A DNA stretch of 64,000 nucleotides, taken from contig CP075494.1 in NCBI GenBank assembly GCA_021613535.1, positions 13,020,001 to 13,084,000 of the forward strand, given 5' to 3'. Shown in pieces: positions 54,295 to 64,000 of the stretch. Numbering within the stretch: position 1 is the first letter of the stretch; every line of letters starts with the position of its first letter. The notes beneath the pieces are model-generated. The model saw only the letters and a list, made by a program, of their open reading frames with translations, had not been told where the DNA came from and made no database searches. Made by a program: the position numbers and the translations under genes. This stretch comes from Adineta vaga. Lineage: Eukaryota; Animalia; Rotifera.

Positions 54295-55752
54295 TTATAA
54301 CATGTAAGAATTTTCATCTGATTCATTTAAAGAAACAACCATTGACTGATGTTCTGGAAATGTTTTTGGTGAACCTTCTGTTTGATGAGATGAATGTAAA
54401 GTATTTGAATGTTTTTCAGTACTTCTCGAGAATGATGTTGTACGACTTTCGGAAAAACTAAGACATTGTTTATTATTTTCAAATCGAATCTTATTTGAAT
54501 TAGACTTTTCATAGAAATTTTGTAGAACAGGATGACTTAATTCCACTGAACTTCCTCGACGGTGACGATAATATTTATCACATTGAAATAATTTACCAAG
54601 AATTTCTCTACAAAACATCAAATTAATTCTTTTTTTTTTGTCTTTGAAATTAAACTTACTTGAAATGTGGAAATGTTTTAATATATACAAAAAATTTACA
54701 AGATAAACTGATTTCATAAAGAAGCATTGTTAATTTTCTTGCAACAAGAATAATGACAATGATTGTTGTATGATCATATTGTCCGTAGAATAAATCCAAA
54801 GCAATCATAATACCTTTGTAAAATACAAATCTAATTTCATTGATTAAATAAAACTAAACATACCCGTTGGTGTATGAAATAATGTTGGAAATAGAATTGA
54901 TATTAATAACGTTGTTTTCGTTGCTCGATCCCATTTTAATGTTCGTTGTTGACCAGAATTTGTTTCATATTTTTCTTTTGCAGTATTGATTTCATAAATC
55001 ATTATAAGACTTAAGATCAATGTACAACATAATGGAAATATAGTCCAGATTAATAAATTTATATTTCTCATTAATAATATTGAATGATGTGTACTATTAC
55101 ATGTTATAATAGCAAAAACACTACTTTGATCAATACCTTTTACATCGTAGAAACGATACATACTTAGACAGAGAACAAAGATTGCAAGAATAAGTAAAGA
55201 TATCTTTGCTCGTCGTCGTGTATAAGATAATCGACGTGTGAATAATCTTAAGATGTATATTAAACGATCAATTGTTAATAGAACAAGAAGCCAAGCTGGA
55301 AAGATGAGAAAAAATTCGGTTAGAACGCCAACTAAGCGACAAATTGGTTCCCAATTACGAAAATAATCATCAAATAATTCCCAATGTCGTATCATTGGTA
55401 AAGCAAAATTAATATGTAAATTAATTGTATCACTTATTGATAAAACATATAAAAATATATTTTGTGAATCACGTTTATACATTTTGAAAAAACAATATAT
55501 ACTTAATGGATTTAATAGAGTTCCAATCACAATAAATATCACAGTTAAAACATAAAATATAGGAGTAATATAACAATCAATTGTTAAACCAAATAGAAGA
55601 TATTGAATATCTTCACAATGTTCAGTATCATTCTCGTTGCATGATTTTAAAGTTAGGTGATCGGCAAGTGGACATGAATTTGGTGCACCGAACAGATTCA
55701 TAATGATAGATATCTGAAGGAAATAGCCAGAGACATTTCTCAAATAAACCAT
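54295..55752 (-). CDS. Rhodopsin-like (class A) GPCR, peptide-receptor-like
   Basis: Hydrophobic helices; TM1 GTLLN, TM2 LSISD, Cys before TM3, TM3 LTIDRL, ECL2 Cys, TM6 FHTP; short 3' exons give TM7 and tail. Confidence 0.85.
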
Positions 55753-58095
55753 ATTTAGTTTTGCTTATGAATGCTTTTATATGGTAGAATAGTAGATATG
55801 AAATGACATTCAACGTTCATTTTTATATATTCATAATCAACATTATTCTTCTTCGTCTTAGCTTCATGGAAAGATTATTCTCATTGACTCAAAAATAAAA
55901 CTGAATTAGAAAAAAGTCTTCATCAACAAAATGAATGAACTTTTCTTTATCCCAGAAGAATAGCATATTCTATTTTATAAATAATAGATATTTCAACACA
56001 AGATTACTAACAAAAGTCATTTTCTTTTAGAAGCATTTTGCAACTCAAATTGACATACTTACTTTAGTTTCTTCTATAAAAAAGAAAGAACGTCTCTAGT
56101 CCAGCTTACTTTCAACACATACTATGATAGAATATTTATTTCTTATTATATTTGTAATTGCTTAGACAGAGACTGAATAATATAATAGAATCAAGAATAG
56201 AATGTCATTTGAATTTAGCTAACGCTTTCTATAGAAAGAAAATTATTTCCGACTTACCGGCATCTCTTTGGAGCAAAAGTTTTATTGTTCTAATGAAAGA
56301 TCACGAGCATTCACCGTCAAATATCCTCATAAAGATAAAGATAAATAGTTGCCTGTTTCCATAAAGGATGTTGTAAGAAAATAGATCGTTCCCTTTCCTC
56401 TGAAGCTACTAATGACAAGAAAAGACAATTTCTATGACATTTATGTATTTATGAAAGTGATGAAAAGAACACTTTATGCCTGACGTGATCCTAATAACAT
56501 CGAAGAACAAATTGCGCTGTAATATATCCATTGAAAATGTTCACAGGAACATCTTCAATTTGACTCTGAGATGAATCCCTTCTCTTCCCTGGAAATCTGC
56601 AGGTTACCATATTCATTTCAAATTTTTATCACATCATTTTTTATAAGAATATTACAAGTAATTAAAAAAAAAGTAAACTTTCGAGGTCTACAGTAACTCT
56701 GTCTACTTTATCTTATATGATTAGCGTTCATCATAACTCACACTAAATCATAATTCTTTTTTTTTATAGAAAAACAGAAAAAAACAAATGTAAGAAATGC
56801 GTAGAAAAGATAGTCTAAAGTCTAGGATATCTTTATCTATTTATAATATGAATAGACTTTCATTTCCATTAGTTTCATAGTGAAATAAAGTATGAATTCA
56901 ATTGTTAATTGATGCTTTTGTAATAATGAAAGCTATTTTCTTAATGATCAGCTTTTGAAAATAACATATTATTGAATGGAACCGCATGTTCAAAGGCATA
57001 CTGAGATATTATTGCAAAGTACACAAATGAATCTTCTTTTTCTATCGCACGAAAATGACACGACTGTGTAGGAATATATGATTACACTGATTTACTACTG
57101 ATACAATTATAATTTGAAATTCTATTCTAGAAAATGACAGATGCTCAAGATTATCAATAATTGAAGGGTAATATCTGGCTTCTATAAAGATAGACATTCC
57201 TTTTCAAAACATCGTCACTTACATATCGATTATTCGACTAGAGAAAAAACAAGTTATATGATACTTTTATCTTCTTGTAATAGAATACCTATCGTTTACC
57301 TTTTTGCGAATCTTTACAATTGATATCGAAACGTTTATTGTAGAAGAAATCTAAAACAAACCTTATTCTTAGCCAAATATACACGAATATCTATTAAGAA
57401 AAGGATGTCCTTAATATATATTAACCCCGATGTATGTCTAACGATGAAGAATAATAGGAAACATTATAATTTGCTTAGCGTAACATCCTGTTTTTATTTT
57501 TCATACTAATGAATGTGACGTCATCCAAATTAAATCTGTATCTTTAAAGATACTATTTCTCAGTACACAAATGGAATTATCGTCAAATGTATCGTATTTA
57601 TCATGAGAAGAAATGAGGCTATTTATATTACAATAAAATCTACAATGTATAGAATAAATCGCTAAAAGAATATGTCACACGATTTACTCATGCCTCTGAA
57701 TAATCCTCGCCTACACATAGTCTTTTTCGAAATGAACTTTCTAGCATCAACGGCATATAAATTGCAAGCAATTTTAGTAACTAGACTCTATAAAGATCAG
57801 TAGTCAAAAGTTGATTTTTGCCTTAATAAAGATTTCTACTTTTACATTGAAAAGTTCTTACAGTACTTATCATCCTACCGTTAACAGCATATTTCAAGCA
57901 GAAAAATGAATAGAGAAGCAGATATATTCTTATAATATGACATTCATTTATTATCTTCTTTCGTCATATGTCAATAAAATATCGCAGCATTTATTAGAAA
58001 ATACAAAATTTCTAAGTCATTACCGGATTATATTCTTAAAGAAAAACTGAAAAATAAGCTTGATTAAATAAAAAATGTACGCTTTTATTTCTTAA

Positions 58096-59241
58096 TTATT
58101 GTAGTCCAGCTTCTTTCAAAGTATTATTTGTTGGATCCCATGTACATGACCATGGTTTATCTCCAAGTGCATCCTAAATATATAGATATACACATTACTC
58201 GTTATGTTCATTAATATGTATTTATATCATGTACCAAGACTTTCATATCTTCTTCCGGAATGGACCAGTCAAAAACATCAGCATTCGATTGAAGTCGAGA
58301 TGCTTGTGATGTCTTTGGAATCGTTATAAATCCATGTTGAACAGACCAACGAATTAATATTTGAGCGGGTGTTTTTGACAATCTAAATATTCTTATTTGC
58401 AAGTGACGTCTCGATACAGAAAAAAATGAACTTTACTTTTTAGCAATTTCACTGACAGTTTTATCTTGTACTTTTTGTCCTTTAGCTAATGGTGAATAAC
58501 CCATGACAGTAATATCATGCTCACGACAATATTTTACAATATCTTTCTTTTGTTGCCATGGATGAAGTTCAATTTGATTTACTGATGGTTTATCGAGACC
58601 TAATTTAGCAAGTGCTTCTAAATGAGTTACACCGAAATTAGATACACCTAACGATCTATAAAATTTTCCAATAATTATAATAAAACTCAAATATTTCTTT
58701 TCGAAGTTTACATACCTTATTTTTCCTTGTTTTTTTGCATCAATTAATGCGCGATATGCTTCAGCACAATGACCACCTTGCGGAGCATGAAGAAGATATA
58801 AATCAACATAATCAGATTGAAGACTAAAAGTGAAACTAAAATGCAGAAAAGAAAAAGAATGAAGTCAATCGTATATACCCTTTCAAACAACGATCAAGAC
58901 TTTTCAAAGCACCTTGTGTACCTTCCCGTGATGGCCACCATTTTGAAACAATAAAAATGTCTTCACGTTTTTTACCACTTTGTTTCAATCCACTACCAAC
59001 ACCTTCTTCATTATGATAAAACTCAGCTGTATCAATCAAACGATAACCATGATTAATTGCGGCTGCAACTAATTCCGGACCTGAATATAAAGTAATGATA
59101 CAATTTTCTAATATGAATCTCAAAATCTTTCATACAATTATTTTCAATTTGATATACACCCAATCCGAATAATGGCATAGTTATACCATCATTAAGTTTG
59201 ACTGTTGATTCAAGATTAGAAGCAATTAATCGAGAAACCAT
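58096..59241 (-). CDS. Aldo-keto reductase (AKR5 / 2,5-DKG- / glyoxal-reductase-like), multi-exon
   Basis: LNDGITMPLFGLGVYQ, GYRLIDTAEFYHNE, FIVSKWW, DYVDLYLLHAP, SLGVSNF, NQIELHPW, YSPLAKG, IPKTS. Confidence 0.93.
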
Positions 59242-59488
59242 CTAGAACAAGAGAGAAAAAATTCAAATCAATATTTCATATAAGAAGAGAAAACGAATCA
59301 ATCGGCAGCTTGAAAGTGAACATATTCGAGCTGATCATTGATCAGTATGTCGATGACACCTTACCACCTACCGACAGTTCATATTCGAATAGGCGAGAAT
59401 AACATAAATTGTTATACGAGCTGTTACCTATCTACCGATATCATTAATCAATTTCGAACAATTCATCATCATCATTCATATCAGAACG

Positions 59489-59547
59489 GAGAGAGAGAGA
59501 GAGAGAGAGAGAAACGAAACGATACATATACATATATATATATATAT
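59489..59547. repeat. (GA)n and (TA)n microsatellites upstream of FoxQ2
   Basis: gagagagaga... run followed by a tatatata run between the divergent AKR and Fox genes. Confidence 0.85.
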
Positions 59548-59615
59548 GAACGAACTGAAGGAGTGAACTACAATACATTTCTACGTTATTTTTAATAATT
59601 CTTTTACAAGACAAG

Positions 59616-60104
59616 ATGAATTTACAAGAGAGTACTTATTTCAATCCTGATTTATCAACTAAAACTTTCTGTTCTCATCAAAATATTAAATCATCAAATA
59701 AACCTCAAGAATCTTATGTAGAACTGATTGCTCGTGCAATTTTATCTTCGCCAACTTATCAAATGTTACTCATCGATATTTATGAATGGATTGTTAATGA
59801 ATATCCTTATTTTGCATCATTACAGAGTAAAGCTTGGCGAAATTCTATTCGACATAATCTATCACTAAATGAATGTTTTATTCGTCAACAAAAATCCGAA
59901 AATGGGCGTGGCTATTATTGGGGTATACATCCAGCGGCATTAGATGCTTTTATTCATGGTGATTTTCGACGACGACAAGCTCGTCTTCGTGCTAAACGCG
60001 CGGATCATCCAACGATACAATCAATGCCATGGATGATCAATACGAATCCTTCTTTTGATTGCTCTCTTCATCAAACGCAAACATATAACTATTCGTATTC
60101 TTAA
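59616..60104 (+). CDS. FOXQ2: Forkhead transcription factor, FoxQ2 class (single exon)
   Basis: KPQESYVELIARAILSS...AWRNSIRHNLSLNECF...GRGYYWGIHPA...GDFRRRQAR; HPA..DF..GDFRRR is the FoxQ2-type wing. Confidence 0.85.
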   Translation: MNLQESTYFNPDLSTKTFCSHQNIKSSNKPQESYVELIARAILSSPTYQMLLIDIYEWIVNEYPYFASLQSKAWRNSIRHNLSLNECFIRQQKSENGRGYYWGIHPAALDAFIHGDFRRRQARLRAKRADHPTIQSMPWMINTNPSFDCSLHQTQTYNYSYS

Positions 60105-60295
60105 TTTTCATGCTTCATTTCTTTTTTTTTTGATTCAATAAATCAAACAGATTTACAAATTTACAGATACATTTATTCTCATTGGTGAAGTGTATGCAAT
60201 ATAAAGAAATAAAATTATATAAACGAAAACAAAAAAAAAACGAGAAGTAGTGACTGGAGAAGTTCATTCATTGCAATTCATTCGTGAAGATGAGA

Positions 60296-60868
60296 TTATT
60301 TATATGGATTTGGTTGTTGGTAGATGTATGGTGGTGGTGGACCGCCATAAGTGGCTTGTTGACCTTGATTATATGGTGGATAACCTACTTGTTGATTATA
60401 TGGAGGATAATTAGCTTGCTGTTGCGATGGTGGTGGATAATAAGGTTGAGCACCTCCTGGATAATATTGCGGTTGTTGTTGAGGAGGTGGACCATAACCT
60501 TGTGGACCATAAACACCTGATGCTGGTACATATGTACCTGGTTGTTGCTGATAATAACTGAATAGAAAAAGAAATGAATAGGTTGTGTTATCAGTTACGT
60601 AATAAAAAGGACGTACACAGCCGTTGGAGCTTGATTATTAGCAGAACGTGGACTCATCATGTCTTTCTATAACAAAAATAAAAATGATCGAAAATCTAAG
60701 AAAAAAAAGCGAAAATAATTACACAGCATTTACCTAAAATAGAGAAAAACAATGTGTTTTTTTTTCAATGATCTATTTTTAGACTAATGAATACGTACAA
60801 CAGCAGAGTGCTGCCAAAGGAACGCATAAGCAACAAAGAAGATCATCACATCCATCATCAATACACAT
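60296..60868 (-). CDS. Small Cys-string / Pro-Gln-Tyr-rich protein (4 coding exons incl. 11-nt microexon); absent from ORF track
   Basis: MCIDDGCDDLLCCLCVPLAALCC|CKCC|KDMMSPRSANNQAPTAV|YYQQQPGTYVPASGVYGPQGYGPPPQQQPQYYPGG...GGPPPPYIYQQPNPYK*; all junctions GT-AG and in phase. Confidence 0.75.
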
Positions 60869-61652
60869 GATTAAAATCTTAAATAAATAATTTAATTAAG
60901 TCAATTGTATTCATGAGTAAATTAAGTTATCGTCGTAAATTTATACATCATACTATCAATGGATGGTATTTGAGATAAATAACCAAAGAAAATATATCAA
61001 CCCGATGAAGAAATTATAGAGGTCACTAGAAGCTGATGAAAATAGTTACAAAGCGTTCATCCGTCTGGTTTCGTTTTTTAGTTGCATTGATTTTATTCCT
61101 TTTGTGCTATATTCATTATTATCTTAAAGTTATTTCGTTACCGTTGGTTTTGTATTTTATAATTCCATCTAATTTGATAAAGTAGAAAGTCAGAAACATC
61201 GAAAAAGTAACGATGGAGAATCTAACCGTCAATATATTAACTCTTCTTTATTAAATGATCATTATTACTATCAAATATTGTCCATCAAATGAGGTTGATG
61301 TAATCACTTCACAAGTAGCTTGAAACAGGAAAAAGAATTTAACAGAAGAACGATAAGACAAAGAAAAAAAAAGTATGTTAAACAATATCAAGACTAATGA
61401 TCATTCTTTTCTTGAACTGGACCGTAGGTTAATTGTTTAAATATCTGCTGGTGTGTCACTAAAGTGTAGTTGAACTTGTACCTAAATATTGACAGATATC
61501 GTTATACGTGATAGGTATTTCTTTGCAAAGTTTTTTAAAACATCTGCTGCAATTCTCAAGCAAAATAGATTGAAAAAAAAACGTGTTTCGCGACATACAT
61601 CTCTTTTCTCTCTACCGAAATCATGTCTTTCAATGATTGAAAATTATCAAAA

Positions 61653-63365
61653 ATGAAAACTCAACTTCACCGGTAAGGATTTTTCTGAATTCAATGATGA
61701 TAAATATATCTTTTTTTTTCATTTCAGTTTTCATGTTGTTCTTTGTTTGTTAGTAGTCATTCTAATTTTCTTTTATTTCTATAGTTGGGTATGAAAAGAT
61801 GAGTTCTCTTCGAAAAAAAGTCTCTTTTCTTCAATTTTAAAATAGAGATATATTGATGATGATGGTGATCCTATCGGTACTGTTTATATCGCAGAAACTC
61901 GTCATACGCCCAGTCAATCCAAATTAGATAATTGTAAGTTGATACCATATCTTTTCTAAGTTTCTTATTTCTTTTTTTCTATAGTTGTGAACGATAAGGA
62001 TGAGACATATTTTGCTGATCGAAACCTCAAAGCACCTATTCTTGTTTGGTGGACACCATTTACCTACGATACAGGTTCTTATATTCGCTGTGGTGATGGA
62101 ACTCGATGTTTTATATCGAATATACGAAAATATCGTGATAATCAAGATTTTTCTGCTTTTCTTTACTATGGTACTGATATTCATCTTTACGATTTACCAT
62201 TACCACGTTCTTCACATGAACAATGGGGATTACTTCATGAAGAATCACCAAAGAATAATTATATTTTTTCATTTGAATCAATTATGCAAATGTTTAATCA
62301 TACGGCAACATTTAAACGTCATTCAGATGTACCATTAACTACTCAATGGTTAGCATCCATGGATGATATATTAGATCAAACATATGTTATTGATGTTAAA
62401 AAGAAAACTAAATTACAGCAAGATTTCGATTTTGCTCCGATTATATATATTCAATCGGATTGTAATACACCATCGGATCGAGATTTATATATTAAAGAAT
62501 TAATGAAATATATTCGAATTGATTCATATGGAACTTGTTTACATAATAAAGATCTATCACCAAAGTAATTGAAAAGAAAAAAAAAGAAGAGAATTTTTGA
62601 TCAGATTTTGTTTTAGTTTAAGAAATCCAGTCGAAACAATGGAACATACAGATATATTAGAACTTGTTGGTAAATATAAATTTGCATTAGCTTTTGAAAA
62701 TGCAATTTGTACCGATTATATTACGGAAAAATTCTGGCGTCCTTTGAAAGTTGGAACGATTCCAATTGTTTATGGATCGGATCAATTTCACGTACATATA
62801 TCATCTTCTCTTTTAGCTTATCGGTTTTCTTTTTCTTTCATAGGATTTTCTTCCTGATGATCATTCAGCAATATCACTTCTCGATTTTGCAGCTCCGATA
62901 GAACTAGCAGATTATCTTCATCAATTAAACAAAAATGACACTCTATATGATTTCTATCGTCAATTCAAATTTACTCGTACGATTTCGAATAAAACACTCC
63001 TTGCTCGAACAATGTCTGAACGAACATGGGGTATACATAATGATCGTATTCGTGGAAATTTTATTAATAAATTTGAATGTACTGTATGTGAACGTGTACA
63101 TAAAACACGACAAGATTCGGCAATAAAATATCAAGCGAAATTTGAAGATTATGGTTGTCCACCACCAACGACATTTGATGAAACTGCTCAAAGAGTGGAA
63201 CGTTCGGGAAATTGGTATCGAACATATGAATTTACTCATTGTCAAGTCGAAGTATTTGACGAATGGATAAAACAAGGAAATTATAATTTTACAGAGAAAC
63301 AATTGTATGATGCAGCATCAAAACGTTTTTCACCATCATTTCGACGAAATGAATTTTTAAAATGA
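61653..63365 (+). CDS. GT10 fucosyltransferase, FUT10/FUT11 type
   Basis: N-terminal TM; ILVWWTPF, HEESPKNN, FNHTATF, QSDCNTPSDRD, IDSYGTCL, YKFALAFENAICTDYITEKFWRP; C-terminal FECTVC. Confidence 0.92.
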
Positions 63366-63714
63366 TGTTACTGGAAAAAGGAAATAAATCAAATGATATT
63401 TTTTAGGTTAACTCATTTACGAAAGAGAATAGTTTGTTACTTGACTTCTACCGACATCTCCTTTCATCATGAGGGTGTGTGAAATACTCTAACCAGTCAT
63501 ACAGGAGAGAACGCAATGAAGAGTAATACCCATCTTTTCCTTCTGACGAAATTCATTTGACGGGATGGAGAGATGTGGGCGTATAAAATATATGATGATG
63601 ATGATGATGATGATGAAATGAGAACATAGTTGCAGGAGCTTCATTGATCTCTACGTTTATAAACTTCTAGATTTCTATCAAAAGTATATCATTTTATTTG
63701 TTTTGACCAAGAAA

Positions 63715-64000
63715 ATGTGTACCACAAGTAAACAAGCTACACTTTGGAAATGTCCGGAAGCATCGGATGAAGCACGTCTTCGTCTTTATAATAGTTTTAC
63801 GAAGAAAAAGGTAAAATACAATGCTTTCTTAACTTCATATTCAAGGATTATATCTAGGAAGTTTTTATACCAATAAATGGTAATGAAGTTCGTTGGTATA
63901 GTTGTGGACCAACTGTTTATGATACATCTCATATGGGTCATGCTCGGTAGGATCATCTCAGTTCCATATCTGGTGTTAAAATCAATCGTTTTCTAGGTCA
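63715..64000 (+). CDS. CARS1: Cytoplasmic cysteinyl-tRNA synthetase, 5' part
   Basis: [15 protein letters not shown]...[11 protein letters not shown]|[30 protein letters not shown] (HMGH signature); runs off the window. Confidence 0.93.

Noticed and set aside
60284-60520. Trp-rich 78-aa + strand ORF
   Set aside because: Antisense of the Pro(CCA)-rich exon of the Cys-string/PQY gene.
63500-63565. Hammerhead (CTGACGA) or glycine-riboswitch-like motif
   Set aside because: The required GAAA core is replaced by GACG, and the riboswitch CCGAAG/CTCAGG elements are absent.

Overview
AT-rich eukaryotic (animal) genomic DNA with dense genes and very short (mostly ~50-60 nt) GT-AG introns. Composition, intron size and the ART-TPR gene type suggest a bdelloid rotifer, though this is an inference. 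Conserved genes: pyruvate carboxylase, NAA15, PHACTR, EFHD/swiprosin, VWA3B-like, mitochondrial ACP, a SOCS-box protein, a class A GPCR, an aldo-keto reductase, FoxQ2-like, FUT10/11-like and the start of CARS1. The left end holds an intronless ADP-ribosyltransferase(ART)-TPR gene missed by the ORF track, followed by a transposon-remnant zone that includes a hAT element with an 8-bp target-site duplication. The standout is a tandem pair of 5-exon genes (35.0-40.7 kb) that the ORF track splits into pieces. Spliced by hand, each encodes an N-terminal R-S-E ART domain, one transmembrane helix and two C-terminal LamG/pentraxin-like domains, i.e. a candidate 'receptor ADP-ribosyltransferase'. The catalytic exon is almost identical between the copies while the ectodomain is strongly diverged. 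All gene models were built by eye; no searches were run.
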